DNA of 64,000 bases, from assembly GCA_027371715.1 (NCBI GenBank), contig DAHXMM010000021.1:18923-82922 (forward strand). Direction: 5' to 3'. The position numbers were made by a program, and so were the translations under genes. Shown one piece after another: positions 27,763-37,358 of this stretch. Source of the stretch: Elusimicrobiota bacterium (GTDB taxonomy: Bacteria > Elusimicrobiota > Elusimicrobia > UBA1565 > UBA9628). How positions within the stretch are numbered: position 1 is the stretch's first letter; each line of letters begins with the position of its first letter. The notes below the pieces were generated by a model. That model was given only the letters and a program-made list of their open reading frames with translations, was not told where the DNA came from and did not search any database.

Positions 27763-29490
27763 TTAATTTTTCTGGCAGACGAGAAGCTGAAGGTAAGGCG
27801 CGGGCGTTCCGACGACGGAACTGCTGTTGTTGGTGACCGAGATGCCGGTCTTGGCGGAATTAATCGAGATGCCGGTTGTCGCGGAATTAATCGTGATGCC
27901 GGTTGTTGAAGTCTGCGCCGATCCACTGACATAAATACAATTTCCGGATTGGCAATTTCCAACTGCTGTAGGTATACCTTCTCCCGTTCGTCCGCCACCT
28001 CCACCATATTGAGTATCCCCATAAATTACATGGGAATGGCCCGGATCATTAATTGAATGAGAATGACCGGGATCGTTGATGGAGTGGCTATGCCCCGGAT
28101 CATTAACGGTATCCGTAATATGTCCCGCGGGACGATCCTCAAGATTGGAAAGCGCCGTGCCGTCGGTTCCGGCCAAAGCGCCTCCGGAAGGAAGGCCGAC
28201 AAGGTATCGCCCCTGGGCTGCGGCAAGCGCGGTCCAGCCGGAAGGACAGGAGGATAAATTAAAAAACATAACGGCGCCCGAGGGCACCGCGCCCACGCCG
28301 GAAAAGGCCCCCGCCGTCAGCGTTCCCGTGACATTGGCATTTCCGGATACGCTGAGCGGGTTTGTCGGACTCGCAGTCCCGATGCCAACATTGCCGTTCT
28401 GGTTGACGACAAAAGTCGAAGCTCCCACCGCGAAAAGATTTCCCGCGGCGGGAACGCTGGATACCCCCACTACGGACGCGGTGACGGAATTCGCAATCGC
28501 CGCCGAACTCGCGCTGATGTTCCCCGTCAAACTTGAGCCTGGGACATTGGTCAACCCCACCCCCGATCCGTAAAACCCTGTTCCTGCCGTGACCGAGGAC
28601 TCCGCTGACACAAACCCCGTCACCGTCGCGCTTGAACTCGTCAACGCCCCCTCGACCGTAACGCTCGAAGCTGTCGCGTTCATGATGGAATTGCCCAACG
28701 AGGTCGGGCTCGTAAATTCAGGAATCTGCCCTGTCGTTCCGCTCACGCTCGACCCCAGGGCTAGCGGCCCTCCGTTCCAATACAGGCTCCCCGAGTTGTT
28801 ATACAGCGTCATGTTCGTATTGCCCGGAACCGCGCTGCTTAAATGAATTCCCGCCGTCCCGCCTCCGGTCCCCACGATATCCAAGCTCTGCGCCGGACTC
28901 GCAGTCCCGATGCCCAAGCTTCCAGACAAAACGAACACGCTCGTCGTCACGTTAATCCCGGAGAATCCCGAGGCCGCCGTCAAGGTTGACACCGCAATCG
29001 TTCCCGTCGAGGTCAAGGTTCCCGTTACCGAGACGGTTGAGATCGTCAGATTCCCCTCGATGTTTCGCGCCATCAAGGCGTAGGGCACTGAGAGTAAGGC
29101 CTGCCGGGGCAGAAGCGGCGTCGTCTCGATATCGGTCTCGATATATTTTTGAGCCGGCCCCGCCAAGGCCGAGGTTGAAATATTAAGAGAAGTCCCAAAC
29201 ACGCCTTGACTCACCTGAACCTGAACGGGACCGCTCTGCCACAAAACGTTCCCGCCTGTCGGAGCGTCGTAGAGATAAAAGGTCAGAATCTCGGTCCCCG
29301 TCACCGGATAGCCGTTTTGCATCAGCCGACCTTGATACGATATCTCATCTGGCACCGTGCCGCTTGGAACCGCCGTCGCCAACACCTTCACCTGCGCTCT
29401 TAAAGGAGAAGACGCGAATAATAAAACTAGCGGAAAAAGAAAAAAAACAAAAACGCCACGACCTTTCCATGATTGACCGACGGACATCAT
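27763..29490 (-). CDS. secreted phage-tail-collar-domain protein (MdpB/tail-fibre-like) with beta-helical repeats and a triplicated DPGHSHSIN motif
   Basis: Signal peptide. C-terminal CPSGWTALAAAQGRYLVG...APYLQLLVCQKN matches the phage tail collar domain. Three tandem NDPGHSHSI repeats. Confidence 0.55.
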   Translation of the reverse strand: MMSVGQSWKGRGVFVFFLFPLVLLFASSPLRAQVKVLATAVPSGTVPDEISYQGRLMQNGYPVTGTEILTFYLYDAPTGGNVLWQSGPVQVQVSQGVFGTSLNISTSALAGPAQKYIETDIETTPLLPRQALLSVPYALMARNIEGNLTISTVSVTGTLTSTGTIAVSTLTAASGFSGINVTTSVFVLSGSLGIGTASPAQSLDIVGTGGGTAGIHLSSAVPGNTNMTLYNNSGSLYWNGGPLALGSSVSGTTGQIPEFTSPTSLGNSIMNATASSVTVEGALTSSSATVTGFVSAESSVTAGTGFYGSGVGLTNVPGSSLTGNISASSAAIANSVTASVVGVSSVPAAGNLFAVGASTFVVNQNGNVGIGTASPTNPLSVSGNANVTGTLTAGAFSGVGAVPSGAVMFFNLSSCPSGWTALAAAQGRYLVGLPSGGALAGTDGTALSNLEDRPAGHITDTVNDPGHSHSINDPGHSHSINDPGHSHVIYGDTQYGGGGGRTGEGIPTAVGNCQSGNCIYVSGSAQTSTTGITINSATTGISINSAKTGISVTNNSSSVVGTPAPYLQLLVCQKN

Positions 29491-29542
29491 GGACCTATTG
29501 ACTCAAATTTCAGGGCCGGGTGTCAAAATCGGAGACTCGCCC

Positions 29543-30853
29543 TTACCGATTCGTCTTTTTTCTCAATTCCTTAAGTCGCGCGGACAAGCGTTTTTCGTCT
29601 CCTTCTTCGGTCGGATGATAAAACCGAACAGGACTCGGCAGATATTCCTGAAAGACGTAATGCCCGGGAAAATCGTGCGGATACTGATAACCCGCTCCGT
29701 GTCCTCGGCTTTTGGAATCTAAATTTGAATCTCGGAGAAAATGAGGAACCTCGCGCGCGGGCCCCTTTTCCACTTCCTCCATCGCGGCGTCTATCGCCAA
29801 ATAAGAAGCGTTTGATTTGGGGGCGCAGGCGACATAGACGCAGGCTTGAGCGAGAATAATCCGGGCCTCCGGCATTCCCACTTTCTCAACCGCCTCAAAG
29901 GCGGCATTGCAAATTAAAAGCGCGCGGAAATCCGCGTTTCCGACGTCTTCAGAGGCGCAAATCAAAAGACGACGAGCGATAAAACGCGGGTCTTCGCCGG
30001 CTTTAAGCATTTTTGCCATCCAATAAAGGGCCGCATCAGGGTCCGAACCGCGGAGAGATTTAATAAAAGCGGAAATGTGATCGTAGTGATCGTCTGATTT
30101 TTTGTCGTAGCGCAAAACGCGTTTTTGAAGGCTCGACTCAAGACCATTTAGGTCAATCCGGCGTTCTCCAGTAGGATTAATCTCAGCGGACAAAACCGCC
30201 CGCTCAAAAGCGTTGATTAATTTTCGGGCATCTCCCGAGGAATCGACAATAAGATGGTTTTGAGCGTCCCCATCCATTCTGACCTTCATTTTTTTAACTT
30301 CCTCATTTTCCAAGGCCGCATTGAGGATTTTTTTTAAATCCTGTTCCGTCAACGGCTTAAATTCAAAAGTGGCCAGACGAGACAAAAGCGCGGCGTTGAC
30401 ATAAAAAGAGGGGTTTTCGGTCGTCAGCCCGATTAAGACGACCTCCCCTTTTTCGGTCGCGGGCAAAAGAACGTCCTGCTGGGTTCGGTTAAAATGGTGA
30501 ATCTCATCAATGATCAAAAGAGAACGTTTGTTTTGGAAAAGCCGCCGTTCTCGGGCCAGGTCCAAAGCTTTTTTTAATTCAGAAACTCCGGACGCGACCG
30601 CGTTTAAAAACGTGGCCTCCATATCCAATTCGCGGGCGATTAAACGGGCTAAGGCCGTTTTGCCGCACCCCGGAGGGCCAAAAAATATGGAGGAAGAGAA
30701 ATTTTTACCGGCGATAATCTGGGAAAGAATTTTTCCGGGGGCCAAAAGATGACTTTGACCAAAAAAATCTTTAAGGGTCTTGGGAGCCAAACGCCAGGAC
30801 AAGGGAGAATCAACGGCGAAATCAAAGGAACCGAATAAAGACTCAGTCTTCAT
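29543..30853 (-). CDS. rarA: replication-associated recombination protein A (AAA+ ATPase)
   Basis: Walker A GPPGCGKTALARLIA, Walker B LLIIDEIHHFN, and the MgsA C-terminal domain. Confidence 0.85.
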   Translation of the reverse strand: MKTESLFGSFDFAVDSPLSWRLAPKTLKDFFGQSHLLAPGKILSQIIAGKNFSSSIFFGPPGCGKTALARLIARELDMEATFLNAVASGVSELKKALDLARERRLFQNKRSLLIIDEIHHFNRTQQDVLLPATEKGEVVLIGLTTENPSFYVNAALLSRLATFEFKPLTEQDLKKILNAALENEEVKKMKVRMDGDAQNHLIVDSSGDARKLINAFERAVLSAEINPTGERRIDLNGLESSLQKRVLRYDKKSDDHYDHISAFIKSLRGSDPDAALYWMAKMLKAGEDPRFIARRLLICASEDVGNADFRALLICNAAFEAVEKVGMPEARIILAQACVYVACAPKSNASYLAIDAAMEEVEKGPAREVPHFLRDSNLDSKSRGHGAGYQYPHDFPGHYVFQEYLPSPVRFYHPTEEGDEKRLSARLKELRKKTNR

Positions 30854-31145
30854 CGCCTAGGGCCAAAGCTCCTTGAAGAGACAGGTGCATGTGGTCAACC
30901 TTGTTTTCAAGCGCTCTCGCTTCCGCGCTGACGGCTTCTTCTTTTTTAAAGTTTTCCATCGCAAAAGACAAGGCCGCCAAGATCGCGATTTTAGAACTGT
31001 CGGCAATTAGCGGATTTTCTTTAAAAATTTGTTCCATCCTCGCTTCAACCGTTCGGGCTAAAGCATTGATCTCAATCGGAGTCAAACCCTCGATTCCCAC
31101 CGTCAATTTACGGCGGAAAATTTCAATGTCGATTTTTTCGTTCAT
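30843..31145 (-). CDS. zapA: cell-division protein ZapA-like
   Basis: 100-aa protein with the N-terminal beta region and C-terminal coiled coil of ZapA (IDIEIFRRKLTVGIE...). Confidence 0.4.
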   Translation of the reverse strand: MNEKIDIEIFRRKLTVGIEGLTPIEINALARTVEARMEQIFKENPLIADSSKIAILAALSFAMENFKKEEAVSAEARALENKVDHMHLSLQGALALGDED

Positions 31146-31387
31146 TTCGCGGCCCCGCTTATTTTGTCCAATTTATGAATTATTTTTTCCAGCCGTTCCC
31201 GCAGACGCCTTTGCCGAACCGGATAGTGGGATAAATGTTGAATTTGAGTCTTAAGGCGCTCATTTTCATCCATCAAATTTTTATTGGTCTTAAGCAATTT
31301 GGCGTTGCCCCCCCGCAATTTCTTAAGAGCATGACTTGCCTCCAAAACCAAATCTTCTAATCTTTTGATTTTATCGGGGATTAGCAC
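31142..31387 (-). CDS. small coiled-coil protein (ZapB-like?)
   Basis: 81 aa, predicted almost entirely coiled coil. Immediately upstream of zapA. Confidence 0.3.
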   Translation of the reverse strand: MLIPDKIKRLEDLVLEASHALKKLRGGNAKLLKTNKNLMDENERLKTQIQHLSHYPVRQRRLRERLEKIIHKLDKISGAAK

Positions 31388-31396
31388 TCTTTTCCT

Positions 31397-33793
31397 CTAA
31401 GATCTGAGGACGGCTCCGATTTTTTTCAAACTCTCCAAAATCTTTGTCACGAAAGCCTCCACTTCTTGGTCCGTCATCGTTCGGTCATCGCGCCCGAAGG
31501 TGAGCCGCAAAGTCAAGCTTTTAAAGCCTTTCTGGATTTTGTCTCCAACAAACAAATCAACTAACTCCGTCTTTTTGAGTTCGTCGAGCTTGAACGCGCA
31601 AAGCGCCCGCGCGATTTCGGCATAGGGAATATCTTCCGGAACGAGAACGGAAATATCCCTCCAGGAGAATGGAAATTCGCTCAGAGGCTTTGAAAAAACC
31701 GGCGCCGGGTTTATTTTTTCTAGCCCAGAAAGATTCAACTCAAAAATAAAAACTTCGTCTTTCGCACTCGAAGGAATGTCCCGGCGCGCCGCCGCCTCGG
31801 GATGAAGGGCGCCCAAAACGCCGATGACCTGCCCCTGCCATTTAAACTCAATTGATTTTCTTGGATGAAATAATTTTTGGTTATAAGGCAAGCCTAAATT
31901 AAAGGGAGAACTCTCAAGTTGAAAGGCCGATAAAGAATCTTTCAAGACGCCCGAAACCGCGTAAAAATCATTTTCAATCACGCGCCCTTCTTTCCAATAA
32001 ACCTCCGGAAACCGGCCCACGGCCACGCCTGAAAGAAGAACATTCTCTTTTCCGTCGTAAAAACCGGTTCCATTCTCAAATAAACGAAACGAAAAATTGC
32101 CATGATTAAAATTATACTGAGCGTTACGCAAAAGCCCGGTTAAAAGCGTGGGGCGCAAAATCGTCATATCTTCCGAAAGGGGATTATCCAGACGCACGCC
32201 TTTTTTTATCTCGGCTCCTGAAAGTTCAAAATCCGCAAGCGAAATTAAATCGTAGTTATAAGCTTCGAAAAAGCCCGCGTCTTTAAGACGTCGCGCCAAA
32301 AAGCCAACCAGCGCGGAAAGAGGAGTCTTACGGGCGGCGGCGGCAAGAACCTGAGGGCGATGGACGGGAATTTGGTCATAACCCAAAACCCGGGCAACCT
32401 CTTCCGCTAAATCCGCCCGATCTTTGAGGTCCAGGCGATAGGAGGGCGGAGTCATGAAAAAAGAATCCCCTTCCATTTTCAAACTTCCCCCAAAACGAAC
32501 AAGGCCTGAAAAAACATTTTTAATTTCCCCAGTCTTAAAATCAGAGCCCAGCATTTGGTTGATTCGCGCGGAAGAAACGACAATCGCGGAATTTTCTTGA
32601 GCGTCTTTTTGAACGACGGGGGTGGAAACCCTGGCCGCCGAACCCGCCAGAGACAAAATTAATTCAGCCGCTTTAAGAGAGGCGATTTCCGGAAGCTTGG
32701 GATCGGTCCCACGTTCAAACCGATAAGAAGACTCAGACTTAAGTCTCAGGCCCTGAGCCGCCCGTCGAATCAAGGCCGCGTTGAAAGAAGCGCTTTCTAA
32801 AAATACGCGTTTAGTCTTTGACAAAACGGCCGAGGAAAGCCCCCCCATCACTCCCGCGATCGCCTGCGGAGATTTTTGATCGGCGATAACCAAAAACTCA
32901 GAGTTCAGATCGTATTTTTTATCGTCTAAGGCCGTCAAGGATTCTCCCGCGCGCGCCCGGCGAACAAAAATCTCTTTTCCCTCTAAAACATCCGCGTCAA
33001 AAACGTGCAAGGGTTGCCCCAAATCCATGAGGATATAATTAGTGACGTCCACGATACTATTAATGGATTTAATTCCAACAGAGCCTAAGCGATCCACTAA
33101 CCAAGAAGGACTCGGACCCACAATCAGATTTTCAAAAACCCGCCCCACATAGACCGGACAATCTTTCACGGATTCAACCACAATTTTAAACGGAACCAAA
33201 TCCGAAACGTTTAAGGCCGGAATCTTAAAATCTTTAAGCGTAAGATTGAGCGAAGAAGAAAGCTCCCGGGCCAGCCCTAAATGGGATAGACAATCCGGGC
33301 GATTGGGCGTGACTGCCACATCCAGAACCTCGGTTCTTTCCCCCAAGGCCATGGCCATATCTCTCCCCAGGGATAATTCCTGATCCAAGACCAAAATTCC
33401 GCCATTTTCAGCCCCTAACCCCAGTTCTTTTCCGGAACAGATCATGCCCGAGGACTCAACCCCGCGTATTTTGGACTTTGAAATTTTCATTCCCCCTGGA
33501 AGATCGGCCCCAATTTTGGCTAAAGGCACTTTTTGGCCGACCGCGATATTTTTAGCTCCGCAGACAATCGTAAAATTATCGCTTCCATCGGTCACCTGGC
33601 AAACGCTGAGGCGATCCGCGTTTGGGTGTTTCTCAATTTGGAGTATCTGGGCGGAAACGACCCCTTTAAACTGAGGCCCTTTCTTTTCAATAGATTCCAC
33701 CTCAAAACCTAAGGCCGCCAATTTCCCCGCCAATTCCTCCGCGGAAAAATTAAATTCCAAATGTTCTTTAAGCCAGGAAAGAGATATTTTCAT
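31397..33793 (-). CDS. pheT: phenylalanine--tRNA ligase beta subunit
   Basis: 798 aa with tRNA-binding, B3/B4, B5 and FDX-ACB domain order. Follows pheS. Confidence 0.9.
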   Translation of the reverse strand: MKISLSWLKEHLEFNFSAEELAGKLAALGFEVESIEKKGPQFKGVVSAQILQIEKHPNADRLSVCQVTDGSDNFTIVCGAKNIAVGQKVPLAKIGADLPGGMKISKSKIRGVESSGMICSGKELGLGAENGGILVLDQELSLGRDMAMALGERTEVLDVAVTPNRPDCLSHLGLARELSSSLNLTLKDFKIPALNVSDLVPFKIVVESVKDCPVYVGRVFENLIVGPSPSWLVDRLGSVGIKSINSIVDVTNYILMDLGQPLHVFDADVLEGKEIFVRRARAGESLTALDDKKYDLNSEFLVIADQKSPQAIAGVMGGLSSAVLSKTKRVFLESASFNAALIRRAAQGLRLKSESSYRFERGTDPKLPEIASLKAAELILSLAGSAARVSTPVVQKDAQENSAIVVSSARINQMLGSDFKTGEIKNVFSGLVRFGGSLKMEGDSFFMTPPSYRLDLKDRADLAEEVARVLGYDQIPVHRPQVLAAAARKTPLSALVGFLARRLKDAGFFEAYNYDLISLADFELSGAEIKKGVRLDNPLSEDMTILRPTLLTGLLRNAQYNFNHGNFSFRLFENGTGFYDGKENVLLSGVAVGRFPEVYWKEGRVIENDFYAVSGVLKDSLSAFQLESSPFNLGLPYNQKLFHPRKSIEFKWQGQVIGVLGALHPEAAARRDIPSSAKDEVFIFELNLSGLEKINPAPVFSKPLSEFPFSWRDISVLVPEDIPYAEIARALCAFKLDELKKTELVDLFVGDKIQKGFKSLTLRLTFGRDDRTMTDQEVEAFVTKILESLKKIGAVLRS

Positions 33794-34879
33794 TTAAGCG
33801 AAAAGAGACAACTCCTCATCTTCAAACTGGGAAAGGAACCGAACGTCGTTCGCATAGAAATTGCGAATATCTTGAATCCGCCATTTAAGCATCGCAACCC
33901 TTTCAATTCCAATCCCGAACGCAAATCCCGACCAAATTTCAGGATCATAGCCCACGGCTTTAAAAACGTTTGGGTGAACCATACCGGCCCCCAGAATTTC
34001 GATAAAACCTGTTTTCTTACAAATGACGCACGGGCGCCCATTTTCTCCCGTCCCTGTCCCCGAACAAAACAAACATGATAAATCCACTTCCGCCGAAGGC
34101 TCGGTGAACGGAAAATAAGACGGGCGAAAGCGAACCTTGATCCGGGGGCCAAAAAGAGCTTTGAGAAATTCTTCCAAAACGCCCTTCAGGTCGGCAAAGG
34201 TCACGTTTTGATCCACATACAACCCTTCCACCTGATGAAATACGGCGGAATGAGTGGCGTCCACGGCCTCATGCCTGAACACTCGTCCCGGACAAATGAT
34301 TCGCAAAGGCGGTTTTTGTTTTCTCATCGCGCGAATCTGAACAGGAGAGGTATGCGTTCTCAAGACCTTGCTCCCTTCGACATAAAAAGTGTCTTGCATA
34401 TCGCGAGCCGAGTGATGTTCGGGAATATTGAGAGCCGTAAAATTATGTTCGTCATCCTCAATGAGCGGGCCTTCGGCCCAGGAAAACCCCATCAACCCTA
34501 AAATATGAGCCATCTGGTCTTGCATTTTTGTCAGCGGATGCAAACGACCCCTTAAAGGGAAAAGAGGCGGGAGGCTTAAATCCAGGCCTTGAGTTTTTAG
34601 CTCCGCTTCAAAACTCAATTTCTTAATTTTTAAGGCGCGGGCTTCAATTTTCTCTTCCAACTGGGATTTAATTTGTTGCGCCTTCGGAGCCAAGAGTTTC
34701 CGATCTTCAAGGGAAAGATCCTTAATGGACTTTAGAAGCTCGTTTAAAGGCGACTTGCGCCCAAGAAAATGAATACGAAGGTTCTCTAAATCCTCCGCGG
34801 TTAGAGCGGCGTCAAAGTTTTCGGAGGCTACCGCACGGGCAATTTTTTCAAGAGCTCTTTCCCAATCCGAGGAATTCAT
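33794..34879 (-). CDS. pheS: phenylalanine--tRNA ligase alpha subunit
   Basis: Class II motifs including FPFTEPSAEVD and GAGMVHPNV. Confidence 0.9.
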   Translation of the reverse strand: MNSSDWERALEKIARAVASENFDAALTAEDLENLRIHFLGRKSPLNELLKSIKDLSLEDRKLLAPKAQQIKSQLEEKIEARALKIKKLSFEAELKTQGLDLSLPPLFPLRGRLHPLTKMQDQMAHILGLMGFSWAEGPLIEDDEHNFTALNIPEHHSARDMQDTFYVEGSKVLRTHTSPVQIRAMRKQKPPLRIICPGRVFRHEAVDATHSAVFHQVEGLYVDQNVTFADLKGVLEEFLKALFGPRIKVRFRPSYFPFTEPSAEVDLSCLFCSGTGTGENGRPCVICKKTGFIEILGAGMVHPNVFKAVGYDPEIWSGFAFGIGIERVAMLKWRIQDIRNFYANDVRFLSQFEDEELSLFA

Positions 34880-34914
34880 CTCTTATTTTGCCCCTCGACT
34901 CGGCGAAAGTCGTC

Positions 34915-35295
34915 TTAGGCGGCCGCTTTTGCCGAAGATTGAGAGTTTCCAGACGCTCCCGCGAGGCTGACCAGATGCTTGAAAGAACCGGCGTCGGTCA
35001 CCGCAATTTCGGAAAGCATCTTGCGGTTAAGCGCGATTCCGGCTTTCTTGAGTCCCGCGATAAAGCGAGAATAAGTCGTTCCCTGCTCGCGGCAAGCGGC
35101 GTTGATGCGTTGCGTCCAAAGAGAGCGGAAATCTCCTTTCCGGTCCTTTCGACCGGAATAAGAGGCGGTCAAGGACTTTTCCACCTGCTGTTTAACCATG
35201 CGCCATTTGCGGCTCTTATCCGAATAAAAGCCCTTGGCGAGCTTAAAATATTTTCTCTTGTGTCTTCGAGTCGTAACGCCGGATTTAATTCTCAT
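34915..35295 (-). CDS. rplT: 50S ribosomal protein L20
   Basis: MRIKSGVTTRRHKRKYFKLAKGFYS... canonical L20. Confidence 0.9.
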   Translation of the reverse strand: MRIKSGVTTRRHKRKYFKLAKGFYSDKSRKWRMVKQQVEKSLTASYSGRKDRKGDFRSLWTQRINAACREQGTTYSRFIAGLKKAGIALNRKMLSEIAVTDAGSFKHLVSLAGASGNSQSSAKAAA

Positions 35296-35301
35296 AACTC
35301 C

Positions 35302-35499
35302 TCACCGATACGGCAGATATTGCGAAATAGTTTTTCCGTCCACGTTATTGAGCGTGTTTTTTCCGCTCAAAAAACGGCTCCGACCGGAAGACATCGGGGC
35401 TAGAAGATGGCGCTTGCCCGCGCGTTTGTGGCGCCAAAGGCCTTTTCCTGTTTTTAAAAACCGCTTTTTCGCTCCGCTGTGCGACTTTATCTTGGGCAT
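35302..35499 (-). CDS. rpmI: 50S ribosomal protein L35
   Basis: MPKIKSHSGAKKRF... canonical L35. Confidence 0.9.
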   Translation of the reverse strand: MPKIKSHSGAKKRFLKTGKGLWRHKRAGKRHLLAPMSSGRSRFLSGKNTLNNVDGKTISQYLPYR

Positions 35500-35584
35500 G
35501 ATATTCTCCTAAAAGGGACTACTGCCTTTCCTCATAATCTTGAGGTCGGCATTGTCCCAACCTTAAGATCATTAAGGAAAGGGA

Positions 35585-36112
35585 CTAATGTTTCGGGATG
35601 AGCGTCATGAAAAGACGATTTCGGTCGTTTTGGGGAGCCTGTTCAATGGAACTCGTCGGCTCCAGCCTGACCCGAATATCGTCCAACAACTTCATTCCCA
35701 AATCCTTATGCTGCATTTCTCGTCCGCGAAAAACCACCATCACCCTCACTTTGTCGCGGGCGGCCAAAAATTCCCCGATCTGCTTAATCTTAACTTCTAA
35801 ATCATGAACCCCAATATGGGGTTTAAAACGCACTTCCTTGAGCATTCCCGCTTTTTGGTTCTTGCGGGCTTCTCTTTCCTTCTTTTCCTGCTCGTATTTA
35901 TACTTTGAAAAATCTAGTATCTTACAGACCGGCGGGTTGGCCGTGGGCGCGATTTCAATTAAATCCAACCCTCTTTGCCGAGCCATCGCCAAGGCTTCCG
36001 GCAACGGACGAACGCCCACCTGAGTCCCATCGGAATCAATCACCCGAACTTCTCTGGCCGAAATGCGGTTATTAATCCGAACCTGCACGCTGTTTTTAGT
36101 AAACTTGTTTAT
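35585..36112 (-). CDS. infC: translation initiation factor IF-3 (probable non-AUG, AUA start)
   Basis: VRINNRISAREVRVIDSDG IF-3 N-domain. The open frame extends upstream of the first ATG/GTG to an in-frame ATA at 36112-36110, preceded by GAGGG, giving the typical K-rich N-terminus. Only the GTG at 36088 is a canonical alternative. Confidence 0.7.
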   Translation of the reverse strand: MNKFTKNSVQVRINNRISAREVRVIDSDGTQVGVRPLPEALAMARQRGLDLIEIAPTANPPVCKILDFSKYKYEQEKKEREARKNQKAGMLKEVRFKPHIGVHDLEVKIKQIGEFLAARDKVRVMVVFRGREMQHKDLGMKLLDDIRVRLEPTSSIEQAPQNDRNRLFMTLIPKH

Positions 36113-36154
36113 ATTCCCTCAAGGAAAACTGCTAATATTTAAAATAGTCCGACA

Positions 36155-37351
36155 ATGAATGATACCAAGTTAATCAACTCCGCGTCAAGTGAGGACGACT
36201 CAAAGACCGTCGTTTTTTCCGGAATGCGCCCGACTGGCCGGCTTCATCTCGGCAATTATTTTGGCGCACTCAAAAACTGGGTGGACCTTCAAAACAAGTA
36301 TTCCTGCTATTTTTGCGTGGTTGATTGGCATGGGCTTACGACCGGATACGCCGACACCTCCAAACTTCAGGAAAACATCCGCGAGATGGTTCTCGATTGG
36401 CTCGCGGCGGGGCTCGACCCCTCAAAATGCGTCATATTTAAGCAATCGGATGTTTCCGAACATGCGGAACTGGCTCTTCTCTTGGGAATGACGACCCCCT
36501 TATCCTGGCTGGAAAATAATCCCACTTGGAAAGAGCAGTTACAGGAATTGGCTAAAACAAAAGAAACCACATTGAAAGAAAAATTAAAAGAAGTTCAAGA
36601 GCGTGCTTTTCAAGGCCATTATGAAAGAAACCCTCTTCCACCATCTGGTGGTCCTGTAGTTTCCTGGCTTTCGCGCGGCGAAAAGATTGAACAAAGTCCC
36701 AACGAACATCTTCGCACCTTTGGTTTTCTCGGCTATCCCGTTCTCCAGGCCGCCGACATTCTTCTTTATAACGCAAGCGTGGTCCCAGTGGGTCAAGACC
36801 AACTGCCGCACATCGAACTGGCCCGAGAAATCGTCCGAAGATTCAACGGCTTTTTTCCAGGAACCTTCGTTGAACCGAAAGCGCTGACCACTCAATCGCC
36901 CAAGATACCAGGAACCGATGGGCGAAAAATGTCTAAATCCTACGACAACACAATTCAGCTATTGGAAACCGAGGATGCCCTTAAGACAAAAATACAATCC
37001 CTCTACACCGACCCAACTAGAATCAAGGCAACCGACCCCGGTCATCCCGAGCCCTGCACGGAAAACCCTCCGGGTTGCGCCGCATTTTCACTCCACAAAA
37101 TTTACGCGCCCAAAGATTTCATCGAGCAACGCAAAAAGGATTGTATAGCCGGAAAAGTCGGCTGCGTCGCCTGCAAAAAAGATCTCTTGGTGGAAATGAC
37201 GCGGCCCTTTGCCGAGTTCAGGGAAAGACGCAATCAACTGTGCTCAAACCCAAAAACCGTTTCCGAAATTCTGGAATCTGGAAAGAAAAAAGCCAAAACT
37301 GCGGCGTCTTTAGCCATGGACCGTGTTCGCCGGGCGATGAATCTCGTATAA
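36155..37351 (+). CDS. trpS: tryptophan--tRNA ligase
   Basis: HIGH-type TGRLHLGNY motif and KMSKS. Class I TrpS. Confidence 0.85.
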   Translation: MNDTKLINSASSEDDSKTVVFSGMRPTGRLHLGNYFGALKNWVDLQNKYSCYFCVVDWHGLTTGYADTSKLQENIREMVLDWLAAGLDPSKCVIFKQSDVSEHAELALLLGMTTPLSWLENNPTWKEQLQELAKTKETTLKEKLKEVQERAFQGHYERNPLPPSGGPVVSWLSRGEKIEQSPNEHLRTFGFLGYPVLQAADILLYNASVVPVGQDQLPHIELAREIVRRFNGFFPGTFVEPKALTTQSPKIPGTDGRKMSKSYDNTIQLLETEDALKTKIQSLYTDPTRIKATDPGHPEPCTENPPGCAAFSLHKIYAPKDFIEQRKKDCIAGKVGCVACKKDLLVEMTRPFAEFRERRNQLCSNPKTVSEILESGKKKAKTAASLAMDRVRRAMNLV

Positions 37352-37358
37352 TAGGCCA

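Noticed and set aside
28026-28106. Three 27-nt tandem DNA repeats, which could have been mistaken for a VNTR or mini-CRISPR
   Set aside because: They are in frame within the tail-collar gene and encode the DPGHSHSIN repeat. There are no spacers and no CRISPR-like architecture.
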